The translations under genes were made by a program, and so were the position numbers. From NCBI GenBank assembly GCA_023334545.1, contig JAADVB010000014.1, positions 1-64,000 of the forward strand: DNA of 64,000 nt. Direction: 5' to 3'. Below the pieces are notes generated by a model, which saw only the letters and a program-made list of their open reading frames with translations, was not told where the DNA came from and ran no database searches. Shown piece after piece: positions 1 to 11,700 of this stretch. The stretch comes from Salisapilia sapeloensis CBS 127946 (taxonomy: Eukaryota; Protista; Oomycota). Numbering within the stretch: position 1 is the first letter of the stretch; each line of letters begins with the position of its first letter.

Positions 1-351
1 CATCAACCACCAGAAGAGATAAGCTCGACGCGACGCCTATCTACTCTACCAGCTACACAACTAGAACCATTTTGTGATAAAGAACACATAATACCAATAC
101 ACAAGATAATATCTTAACTACATCCATTCAGTTTCTTCTTTACTACTGTTCTATCGTGTATGCTTGCCTTGCTTATGAGTTTGCTTGCCTCTGTTATAAA
201 TAGACTGGCCATTCCTGTGAGTGGTGCTTTTCTTGCTGCATCGGTATTTCTTTTTATTTACGTCTTGAAACGTTTGATCAAAGCTGTAGTTCCTCTATCC
301 GCCGCATTGAGCAAGACAGGCGTGTCGTGATCGATATATTTACTAAGAGAG

Positions 352-2065
352 ATGCTACCGTCACTGACATCAAAACCGAAGAACACTCCTAGACAAATGG
401 CGGGCTTGTCGAACGATACCATTGACGCCTACTCTGCGTCTGCAGGCCAAAGTGTCTATTTTGTCGACTACACTGATCAATCTTTGCAATCACCTCGATC
501 TGTGGCAAATGGCAGTGGGGTAAATGATTTATCTTATGCGCGAGTACTTCGAGAACGAAAGGGTACTGGTGAAGATGAATTAAGTTTGAAGGCTGGTGAT
601 GTGGTTAAAGTTCTTTCAGCTAAGCGCACTGGTTACTTAAAATGTGAGAGCAACGGGAAGTTGGGATACGTTCCGTCATCCTATCTGGAGTTTTTGGAAC
701 AACCTCCGTCGACACCGGAGGATGCCCCCGTGGATAGCAAAGCAGAGCGCAAGAAGAAGCGTAAGGCAGAGCGAGCTCACACAGCCCGCAATGAACAGGG
801 TGAAAATGACGCTATGGATGAATCCCCTCGAAAAGCGAAGAGCCCACGAAAGAATCGAAAGGACGATGACGAAATCATCGCTAGCTCCAGAAAGAGTGCT
901 CGAGACAAGAAAGATGTAGACAGTAGCGACACTGATGAAGGGGTTACGCACCGATCGAAATCTCGAAAGAAGCATAAAAGTAAGAAGCGAAAAGATGCAA
1001 GTAGTGACGAATACTCGAGCGACGATTATGCTGAAGAAGTAAGCCCACGTCGGCGACGCAAGCATCGATCTGGAAAAAAGTCTCGTCGTCGCCGCCGGCA
1101 TCGCAAAGCTCACACCTCAGAATCATCTGACTCCGATAGTAGCTCTGACAGTGACCGTGACTCTGATTATCATCGCAGGCATCGTCGTCACCGCCGTCAT
1201 CGTCGCCGTAGTTACGAAGAAGACCCCAGCGAAGACGATTTACAATCAGGAAGGAAATCAGATCGTAAGGACCGCTCGAAAGATGCCAAGGATGTAAAAG
1301 AATTCGATTCTAAAGCAGCATCGATTAACGAACAAGAGGATATACCAAAAGACGATGTTAAGGCAGTGGAATCGGGAGTTGGTGATTTGAGCGTCAAAGA
1401 AGGACAAGACCCAGCTTCTGTCATGCCCTCTGACCTAAAGGACAATGTCGCAGCGACAGATCATGATAATGCTGCTTCTGGCCAATCTGCTCGTAAAGCC
1501 GACGAAGAAAGAGCGGAGACTACGGCAGAGTCTTCTAAAAAAGATGACAAAGGTCAAAAGTCTACCTTCGGTATGCAAATTGGAGCTAAAGTACGATCAC
1601 TACTTGGTGGAGGGAGGAAATCAGATAAGAAGGATGAGGCTGGTGGTGTGTTAAGTGCATGCCCAGGTACAGTCCAAGGCGAAGAAGGATGGTATGAGCA
1701 TGGTGTGCATGAAAGGTACTACTTTGTTTTGGTCGACTATAAATGGACATTGCTCTACGGACCGATATCGCACCAGGACTTTGAGACGTACGCCCGAGAG
1801 GTAGTTTTCTATGGTAGCTCTTTGTGAGCTCCAGGCATATAACTCTGTTTAATGTTGAAAGGTGAAAACGCGAGGGAAGATGATCGAGCTACCACACACA
1901 TATCTGCACAAGGAGGGCTACTATCTCGATACACGCTTGCGAGTGAAAAAAGTATCACAATTATTGCTTCGATATATACCACATTTGTCCTCTAGACTAA
2001 TTTATAATCCGTCTTGCGCTGCTGTACAGGTCGGTGCGGTTCCAGATGTGGCGATGCATTTTTAA
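352..2065 (+). CDS. SH3-domain protein with long basic/Ser-Asp-His-Arg low-complexity region
   Basis: SH3 motif YARVL..EDELSLKAGDVV..GYLK..GYVPSSYLEF. Likely intron 1801-1861 (GTAGTT..AAAG, 61 nt) joins FETYARE in frame to VKTRGKMIELPHTYLHKEGYY. The 3' end is uncertain. Confidence 0.75.
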
Positions 2066-2897
2066 ATCGCTTTCCACAACTACAGTTCATCATTTGCTTA
2101 ATAAAGAATGGAAGTTTATATAATTATTGTTTCATGAAAATTCGATCTCACCCACTAAAGTGGTGGTTCCCCCAAGGCTAACACAACCATAGGCTAGAGA
2201 AGACTCATGGTGTTTCTACGTGGTAATAACAGTTAGACAAAGATCGTGGCGTTTACAAGATCAAGATTCTAGATAGGCATGCACTCATCGAGGATTGAAT
2301 CCCTATTGTTCTTATAGCACTCGTAGCCATAGTCTAGGTTTCCATTGAACATACAAGCTCTCGGCCACTCGTTCCTATAGCATGTTAGCTTTGAACGAAT
2401 TTAATTTAAACATACACAATACTGGCCCTCAAATGCACATGTCGATCTTCAGTTTAGTCGGCTCAGGATCGCAAGTCGATGCCCAGGTTCCATATCAACT
2501 TACTCATTCTCTTTCAGCCATGGGAATAGGTCGCTTGTATCGTTTTATGATTTATAGAAAAGTAGAGCTGAAGTTTTAAACCCGTTATCTCATCGAAGAG
2601 GTACAAGTGCCAGAGCCTACTACAGCAGGAGCATTCTTTCATATCAGCCTTATTTTAAGAGTCGAATGCTGGAGGAAGAGATGACCTTGCTCCTAATAAA
2701 CAAGATAATTTAAGTAGATCAAGTGCATCCTTCGTATAAAGAATCAAAGGACCGTTAACTCTCGAGCAGCGCTGCTCGCACTCACCAGCGCTTACGACGT
2801 TTCAAGCTCATTCGACAGCAGCTTTGGGCCGCAAATCACCAAAACCGATTTATTACGGCTTTGACACTCTTCTTCTCGTCTTTTGCTGCAGTTAGAG

Positions 2898-4600
2898 ATG
2901 CTTCGTCGCTTCCTAAGCTCCGTATCGAAAGCACAGTCTGCCCACCAATTGGTGCAGCAGCGTGTACAGCCTAGTGTATCTTTGCTGTCGCCGGATGCTG
3001 CGGCTTCATTGCCCAGCACGAGAGTGCTGTTCGTCTCTCAGTCCGCTGCTGCAGATGTTGATTCGTTGCAATCGGTTCTGCCGTACCAGGTAGCTCGCTC
3101 GTCCTTGCAGGACTTCCGTGGTAAGTCGCAGGAGACCATGGAGCTTTACCCGGTCGAAGATAACGTGAAAGAACGCGTTGTGCTCGTCGGTCTCGGCTCC
3201 GAGGACAAAATCGACGAGCTTGGTGTGCGCAACGCCACTCATGCTGCTCTGACAAAACTTCGGAGCAAGAAGACGATCAGAGATGTCGTCCTGCAGGTTC
3301 CTCATTTATCTTCTTCCAACCTCCAGCCGTCTCGTGTCGTGGAACTCGTCTCCCAAGCGTCGATGCTGTCCAACTACCAGTTCGACCAGTACCTTGACAC
3401 TGGTAAATCGGACGACGGAGAGCCAAAGCTACAGCTACCTCTGGAAAAGATCTTGGTGGACGCGTCGACGGAATTTAAGGAAAACGTGGCTGAGCAGATC
3501 ACGGTGGGTGAAGAAACGATCTTTGCTCGCAATCTTGGCAACGAGCGATCGGACGTGATCAACCCAGAGTTCATGGAGAAAGTGGCTAGGGAGTCTGCTG
3601 ACCTACCCAACATGTCATTCGAAGTCCTGCAGCAAGAAGACCTAGAAAAGGAAGGCATGAACATGTTCCTAAGCGTCGGCCAAGCTGCAACCGTCGCACC
3701 GCGTCTTGCCATCCTAAAGTACGAAGGCAATCCAGATGCTCCGGACGATGTCGTCGCTCTTGTTGGCAAAGGCATCACGTTCGACACGGGTGGACTCAAT
3801 TTAAAACCTTCTGGCTTCATTGAAGAGATGCACACGGACATGTGCGGCTCTGCTGCCGTGCTTGGTGCTGTCCGTGCTGCCTCTCGCCAGGGTCTGAAAG
3901 TGAACATCGTATGCGCTCTCGGTCTAGCGGAGAATGCGATCGGTTCCAAGGCCGTGAAACCCCACACGATCGTCAAGTCGCACAAGGGCATCACAGTGGA
4001 AAATAACAACACGGATGCAGAAGGCAGACTTGTGCTTGGAGACACGATGTCGTACATCCAAGAGACGTACAAGCCTCGCAAACTTATCGATATTGCAACC
4101 CTCACTGGAGCTTGTCTAGGTATGTACTATCATTTCTATCCCTTCCGGCAATCATATTGATGATTCCTTTGTAGTGGCTTTGGGTGAACACTGTGCTGGC
4201 GTGTTCTCTAACTCGGATCAATTCGCCAAGGACCTTCAGGTAGATACTAGTTCCCACGCTCAAGGACGATGTATAAAACGTACTTATACTTGTGGTGCTG
4301 TAGGATGCTGGTACGACATGCTATGAGCGCTGCTGGCACCTACCTATTCTGCCGGAGCACACGGAAGATTTGAAGGGTTCACAGTCGGACTCGCGTAGCA
4401 TTGGTCCTGGACGCTTTGGTGGCGCCAGTCACGCTGCTGCGTTCTTACAGCAATTTGTGGACAAGGATGTCGACTGGGCGCACATTGATATCGCTGGACC
4501 TGCCAACTACAGCGCGCCCAAGTCATACTTCCCAAAAGGTGCCACTGGATTTGGTGTTCAACTACTGTACACGTATTTGAAAGAGCATGAACACAAGTGA
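2898..4600 (+). CDS. LAP: M17 leucyl aminopeptidase, probably mitochondrial (MLRRFLSS presequence)
   Basis: Motifs VGKGITFDTGG, DMCGSAA, NTDAEGRL, DIATLTGAC, WAHIDIAG. Introns 4120-4174 and 4240-4303 give a continuous frame to TGA at 4600. Confidence 0.95.
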
Positions 4601-4697
4601 AGGGATGGAGGCATAGACTAAGAAGCTAGTGGTAATGAGCAACACGATGGAAGCTATCCACCGCTGTCTTTCTATTCTCTTATCGTACTCGTTCCTT

Positions 4698-6773
4698 TTA
4701 TTCTGTGTAGAGGTTCCAGACAATAATACAGCCATCTTCACCAACGGATACGAGCTGTCTGTCATCCGGACTGAAGTGCACATCACGAACGTTGCCAGAG
4801 TGACCAATACCATCCATGACGAGCTTGCCGGAATCTAGATCCCACAGCTTGATCAGTCTGTCATTGCCACCAGTAGCAAAGATCGGTAGTGAGTTCGCTA
4901 CAGCGATGCAAGTAGCTTCTGCGGCGTGGGCAGTCGAGATGACTCGCACGGGCGTATCAATCCTCAAGTCCCAGTATGATATTCGCTTTTCCTGCCCAGC
5001 ACTCAAAACGATCCTCTCTCCAGACGCCAGTGCGACCGTGTTGATACCTCCCATACGTTGTGCATGGCTTGATACGCGTCGTTCTAGTTTCAAGTCCCAG
5101 CAAAGAATGCTTCGATCGCGGCTACAAGAGATGACATGCATGTCATCCTTGTATAGCGCTAGCGATGTCACGGGCATGGAATGCTCTTTCAGATGAGAGA
5201 CGAGATCTCGTTTTCTAAGGTCCCAGACTCGAACTTCACCAGTATATCCTCCAGATACAAGGAATCGCTGGTTGTGGCTTAGTGCTAACGCTGTCACGCC
5301 TCCACCTACATGGGCGTCAGTGATTTGCCATAACATCTGACCGTTATCGCAGGCATGGCACCGGACTGTGCCATCGGTCCAGCCAGAGAGAAGGATGTCT
5401 AGCGAGAACTGAAGGCAGAGAGGAGCGCCACCATCGATGACAACACATTTAACGGAAGTCGTGTAGTCGGACGCATCCCAAATGCGGATAGTAGAGTCTT
5501 TGGAGATCGTAGCAAACTTGTCGGATGGAACGCCACCTCGAGATATAGACTTTGGATATTGTACTTGGATGACACCACCAGCATGACTTTCGCCTACCAT
5601 TGTCTTGATCTGCATCCACTTGCTCGACGAAGAAGCGGAAAGCTGAAGAGCATAGATCGACCCAGCCTGTGTACCGGCGACAACTTCGTCATACGCTCTT
5701 GCAGGGTGGCTGCTATCAGCGTGGAGCGATGGCTGGACTGCTACACCAAAGACAGCACCATTTAAGGTTACGTGGGAAGCATCTACGTAAGCTTCATCGA
5801 ACAGAATTACTGTGCCGTCTCCACCTCCAACGACAAGCAGACCTTCCGGTGTTGGTGCAGTAGGTAGGAACTGCAGTGAGTAGATTCCACCAGAGCACGC
5901 TGGCACCATTTTGATGAGTCGTCGTGTTTTCACACCGACGACGGCAAAGTCACCACTTGTGGTACCAGCGACCAATGTCTCTCGATCCCGAGAGAAGTCA
6001 ATGCATGTATAGTCTCGAATAACCGTCTGCTCCACTTTAGAAGGAGACAACTGTCCTGTAACAGGATCAAGTACCCAGAGAAGTAGGGACCGATGGCCTG
6101 CGGTTGCAAATTGGTAGCAACGTGTATCTCGTCGCTTGATATCGCGCGCCATGCCTCCGAACGTCATAGCCGAAATCGTTGCAGAGAGCTTTTGATGCGT
6201 AGCACATATCTGACCACTCTGGACGTCCCACACGAACAATCTACCGTCTTCAGGAATACCAACAGACGCAAGTAGCCGTTCATCATCGGAGAAAGCAAGA
6301 GCAGCGATACCAGCATCGTGTTCAGATAGTCGAAGAAATGGTCGACCAGAGTTATACTCCCACACGATTACATCCGCTCGCTGCCCACGTTCACCAGAAG
6401 CAAGGTACGTTCCAGAAGAGCTCATTGCAAGACAAGAAATAGACGCATCATGTCCTTGTAGACACCTTTGTGTGTGAATGTCCTGTGCCGATGAAAGGAC
6501 AATGGCTCCACCAACTGGATAGACGTAGTCTTGAGTATACGGATGCCAGTGAAGAGCATTAGGAATAGCAGAGTAGCCTATGATCCTTTCGAGTTCAATA
6601 GCTGAAGTCGATGTGGCACTAGGTGCTGCGGAAGATCTAGATGATTCACTGTAGACACTCGGCGTCGCGAGAGATCCATCTCGTATATCTTCCGGTGTTT
6701 CATGCCTCCAGCTGCCACGGGAAGATGGTTTGGCACTCGTGTTCGCTTCATCCCAATTGTTTGATGCCTGCAT
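4698..6773 (-). CDS. CFAP52: WD40-repeat cilia/flagella-associated protein 52-like (WDR16 family)
   Basis: 691-aa ORF with many WD repeats. N-terminal ELERIIGY..WHP..YVYPVG..LQGH..ISCLAMS.SG.YLASG resembles CFAP52. It could be a paralogue. Confidence 0.75.
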   Translation of the reverse strand: MQASNNWDEANTSAKPSSRGSWRHETPEDIRDGSLATPSVYSESSRSSAAPSATSTSAIELERIIGYSAIPNALHWHPYTQDYVYPVGGAIVLSSAQDIHTQRCLQGHDASISCLAMSSSGTYLASGERGQRADVIVWEYNSGRPFLRLSEHDAGIAALAFSDDERLLASVGIPEDGRLFVWDVQSGQICATHQKLSATISAMTFGGMARDIKRRDTRCYQFATAGHRSLLLWVLDPVTGQLSPSKVEQTVIRDYTCIDFSRDRETLVAGTTSGDFAVVGVKTRRLIKMVPACSGGIYSLQFLPTAPTPEGLLVVGGGDGTVILFDEAYVDASHVTLNGAVFGVAVQPSLHADSSHPARAYDEVVAGTQAGSIYALQLSASSSSKWMQIKTMVGESHAGGVIQVQYPKSISRGGVPSDKFATISKDSTIRIWDASDYTTSVKCVVIDGGAPLCLQFSLDILLSGWTDGTVRCHACDNGQMLWQITDAHVGGGVTALALSHNQRFLVSGGYTGEVRVWDLRKRDLVSHLKEHSMPVTSLALYKDDMHVISCSRDRSILCWDLKLERRVSSHAQRMGGINTVALASGERIVLSAGQEKRISYWDLRIDTPVRVISTAHAAEATCIAVANSLPIFATGGNDRLIKLWDLDSGKLVMDGIGHSGNVRDVHFSPDDRQLVSVGEDGCIIVWNLYTE

Positions 6774-6865
6774 CCTCCTGTTCTTCCTATATCTTGTTTA
6801 ACGGCAGGTATAAATGGAGCATGAAACGGATGGATTCGTACGTTGAGCAAACAAGCACTTCATTT

Positions 6866-7928
6866 TTAGTTATCTGTCTCTGTCGGTTGTTCTCGGCCAA
6901 CAGCACCAACGTACGTCAAGCACACATAGTATGGCGGCATGTTATGCCGCTCCATTAGCGTCAGCGTCTCCACTCCGATATCGGTGCGTCTGCCAATCAG
7001 ATTGATACGCATAATACCATTAGCCAAGTACACTGGCATAGGTAGTCGGAACTCCTGGCGCTCCATGTCCGCTATCACGTCGTACTCGGGAGATTCGTAC
7101 ACGTTGTCTTGAGGCGATTCTTCGTTGGTAGTGTGTTCTCGAAAGGTGAATGAGACGCGGACAGGAGCAAAGCATGAAGTACTTGGATACCAAAAGACAC
7201 GATAAGGGACAATTTGCGTCTTGAAGATGATCGTAGAAGGTTTCAAGATGTAGTCGATCCAGTCATTTACATTCGCAGACCACGAGGCATTTCTATGCGT
7301 TTGTTTAGTCGATAAAGAAAGTATATAAGACTACTCGTAGAATGCATACGAGCTGTAATAGCAAGGTTGTCCACTGGCACATCCACAATGCATTTGAGCT
7401 CGCTCCAGTAGATGTCGAACGTGGTGAGAGGAGGTGTCAATAATGTAATCTTCATCCAGTCGTTCTCTCTCCTGCTTTATATGTTCAAGCAATTCTTCGC
7501 ATTGTGAATGCTGGAGAGTATTGGACGGACTTTCATTAAAATGGTCGACGCTGGAGCATTCTAACACATAAGGTTATTTAGTCCGGTGGAGAATGTGAGC
7601 TTGATGGTGATGACGCTACCTCGTACGCTGGATAAGAGATTATGATCCATCAAAGGTCGACTTTGAGCACACCCGAGTAGTTTCCACTGCGTCTGTTTAA
7701 GATCTACTGTCTTTCCATCCATAGCAACGCCTCGGCGAGTGCTATCCTGCCATAAATCTGCATACCTCCAATTAATTTATGCCAAGTAGGGACAAATCCA
7801 TGCATACTGTAATCCTGGACGATATTGAAGAAGGTCTTGGATACAAGCTCGATAGCATGCACAGTCGCGTGGTCACTCCAAGACACAATGTCCGTGAGTA
7901 CGCCTACTGGAAGCGTGGATAGATCCAT
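6866..7928 (-). CDS. F-box protein with C-terminal domain resembling plant At4g00755-type F-box proteins
   Basis: N-terminal F-box (LSTLPVGVLTDIVSWSD). Three short introns join the ORF fragments into one frame carrying SSVDHFNESPSNTL, CYYSS, VYESPEY..QEFRLPMPV and YYVCLTYVGAVGR. Confidence 0.75.
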
Positions 7929-8704
7929 GGCGATTAGTTGTATCCAAGTTTGTCACTGGCTTTATCTCATTTTACAAGTGTCACTTTTATTGATGATTTA
8001 TTCTGAGTTTGCAACTTTTCCGGATTCAGATCTTGAATATGGCCACTTGATCCGCGGTTATAGGTGCGAGCTTTCCAGCGACCTCCTGGCCGGATGTACT
8101 GCATACTTAGCGAGCTTCCGATTTATGAAAATAAAGTTGATTGCGAAGGCTGTGATTGTACAAGAATGTTAAAGGTATTGGGCTGAGAAGATTTTTTTCA
8201 ATTTTGCAAGTGATCTAGCTCGATTGGACGGTCATGAGCTTTGACATGTAGACAGAGTTGATCCAAGCTAATATTGCTAGATGCGGATACCTTTGCAATC
8301 CTGCACTAGAAGGGTAGAAGCAAATACACTGCATGTAGTCATTATCTCACTTCTTTGCCGACCCCGTTTTGCTACTCGGTTGAATCGCTGCCATCAGCAC
8401 TTTTATCATTTCCTTGGTTACTCTGACAGATATCCAGATCCAACTGCGCTTTCTCGCTAATAAATTTCCGTATCGAAGGCATGCGAATGTATAGTGCTGG
8501 AGCAATTCAACCGCCTTCTATGTAGTCGTAGCTGTACAAAGCCACCACTTTGTCATGGGCAAGAAGAGGCCTACCATCATCATAAGGACTACAAGCTCTT
8601 CATACCAAGTACGAACTTGAAGACGAATACCAGTGCAATATCGTTTCGACAGACCAACCAAACCAGATCGTAGTCACATATAAATCCTCCTTGTATTCTC
8701 GATC

Positions 8705-11700
8705 CTACATTTCTTGGTCGGGTCCATCCCATCGATAGAGTTGATCCCTAAGGTACCGACGGTAATCAGTGGTCACAGCTCGCTCCCGAGCGATTTTCTC
8801 ATTCAGTTGTCGAAGTCGCTCCTTGCGTTCTCTCGACTCAGGCTTCTTTTTCAAATCTTTCACAAGAGCCTTCGCAATCGACTGATTCCGTCGCTCTCGT
8901 TCCTGTTGATCAATTACAGTATCAACATCATCGTCTTGTTCCGTTGTCTCCACTCGCGTAGCGGTCAGCTGCCAAGACAGAGGAACGTAGATCGAAAACT
9001 CTCCACTCGCTTCCAAGTACACCGAGTAGATCTGACGCAGCAAGTGGCTCCACGGGATCAACACTTCATCGTCCGTTTGCACAAGCTTCTCATGCACCGG
9101 CACCAGGTCTTTGTACACAAGTCTCTTCAACTCCTTTGTCGACACTTGCCTGTCGTCTAGGCCGAATAGACGGTCGATAAACGTCATCAGCCTCTGCAGA
9201 CAGACGTCACACCTTTCCTGTCGACTAACTGCTTCCAAACTTGAATCTTCCACTTGCGTTTCTTTTAAACTCCTTAAAAAGGTCTTCAGCAGACGCTGCG
9301 GCTCTGGTGCATTCCATCCGTACGGTGGTTCTATTACGAATTGCTGCAGTTCAAACGGTGGAAAGTCATTTTGCGATGCACCTGCCACATCCGACGCAAC
9401 GTCTTCCATGATAGACTTGATAGCCGACTGAATCGTACTTAAGGAAGACTTTTTGTGTCCAGCCAGCACTTGCTCCATCTTCTTCTCCACAACCTCCTTT
9501 ACGTCTACTCGCTTGACTTTACTAGGAGGTGACGACTGGATCGCCAAGCTCGTCAACGCTTTCTTCATCTTGGTGTCCACTTGTGCTATCATGTCTTCTT
9601 CCGTCACGATGAGCTGGCTGTCGACTGATGAGATCTTGATGGGGTAGTGCTCCTGGAGGGACCGTACGACAGTCTCCACTTGCGACAACAGATTGGAATA
9701 GATCAGTTCGGATGGTCCGACGACCAGCAGGAACAACGACAGCTTGGTCGTCGACAGAGCATCCAGTAGCGTCTTAACATTCGCCTCCCAGCGCGAAACA
9801 TTACCAGGGTTCGATAAGGTTGACAGCGCAAGAGGAAGTAGCACAGATGATGTCCCTGACAGTGCCTCTCTCGACATGGAACTCGACGCGTCCACGTACC
9901 GACAGCAGACGCCGATACTCTGCTGCGTCGACTGGTCTCCCAGGACAACGTACGGCTCTTCTGATTCCTTGCTAATATCCGAGACACCTATCTTGGAAGC
10001 ACACCACGTGCCAAACACAGACGCACAATCGTCCTGTACGTCTGCAACCAGCATCTTCCACGCAACACTCGTGCGACCGACGTATACCATCTTGAGTTTC
10101 CCACAAACGACCGCCATGACATCCACAGGTGCCCACAACTCTCGCGCCGTGTCCTCTAGTTTCCGTCGCTTTCCACCCCCTACTTCATCCTCCCGAGACC
10201 TCTTGCCAAGTCGAGTAGGGAAGAGCCATTGCACCATCACTTTCGACCGCTGCAATCGCTTGCGCCATTGATACAGACGTAGCTGGAGCATCGCTCGACG
10301 CATCTTGGCTGCACGACGCTGCGCTTTCGCACGCACGAGCTGCAGCTGCCTCTGCCTCTCTTCCTCTTGCTGACGCTCTCGTTCACGCTGCTCCGCCTGC
10401 AGTCGCTGTCTCTCTCGCTCCTTGGCTAGCTCCTCCTGCCGATGTCGTTCACGCTCTTCCGCCAGTTTCTGCTGTCGCTGACGTTCCATTTCGTCTGCCC
10501 TCCGCTTTTCTTCCTCCTTCATTTGACGCTCCATCTCCCTCTGACGTTCTTCCTCCATCCGCTGCCGAAGCTCCTCCTTTTTCCGACTTTCCTCCTTCAG
10601 CCGTTCCTCTTCCTTGCGTCGTTCCACCTCTTGCTCTTCCTTCTTCTTACGTTGCTCCTGCTTTCGAGCTTCTTCCTCTTGCTTTCGAGCTTCTTCCTTT
10701 TGCTGCTCTTCCGCTCGCACCTTTTCCTTTCTTTCCGCCTCTAACAGTTGGATCCGACGCATCATCTCCTGTCGCTGAGCATTAATCGCTTCCTGCTTCT
10801 TCAAGAGCGCTTGCTTCTTGGCAGCATCCACTTGCGGAGTTTCTGCTGGTGCCATGGAGTCGTTAAAGACAGAGTACGGATCGTCATACTCTGGACGATC
10901 AGGATACAAGCGCTGCTTCTCCTCTTCCTCCGTCTCTTTAATCAAGACACTCAAGCGCGGATACGTCTCGTACTCGGTAACACCTCGACAAATATCCTTT
11001 CGTAAAAACCCTTCCTTCTTCGCATCCACATACACTTCCGATCGACGCACTTCAATCGGCGTTCCATCCTTTCTTAATTGAACGTCCGTCCAAAAGTCTC
11101 CACCGAAACGAATAAACGTCTCGTCTTCCTTATCGACCATCTCTAATCCATGCTGCTCACAGATCGTACGTGCATGTATGTCGTCATCAAAGCAAAGCAA
11201 CTGCGTCACTTGTGCTAGAGGATACAGACTCTTACTTCCAAACGCTCGATTCATACGCTGGAGACCGACCGAGCGCATGCTGTCGACGTATCGGAAGAGT
11301 AGACAGCTCTGCAAGTACGTCGCACGCTTTAGCAGTTGGAAGAACGCATAGTAGTCGCTCGTATGTCGCGCCACGAATGCTTCCATGGCAAATTTCACGT
11401 GAGGGTGGCTCGCAATGGTCGGTGGGAGGCCTTTGAAGAACTGCAAGACGTCCGACCCTTGGCCATTGTCCAGAGTACACAGCATAAAGTAGGCTCGACA
11501 CTCGGCTTCAAACGGACTCAGCAGCGTTGCATCTCCTTGCTTTCGACTTTCATCGTACAGTTCGTTCAAACTCTTGAGCGTCTGGCCTAGTTGCTCCATG
11601 TTCTGCTGCGCGACAAAGCTCGGTACGTCACATAGTTCATGACCACTCAGGACGTGGTATCGAGCCACTCGTTCATGCACATCTAACGCAATCGGATGCG

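Noticed and set aside
2763-2778. Perfect 16-bp palindrome CGAGCAGCGCTGCTCG upstream of LAP
   Set aside because: About one is expected by chance in 64 kb (64000/4^8), and there is no second copy.
8172-8700. Possible small gene between the F-box and SAC3 genes
   Set aside because: Only ORFs under 60 aa without recognisable features; probably SAC3 3' UTR plus F-box promoter.
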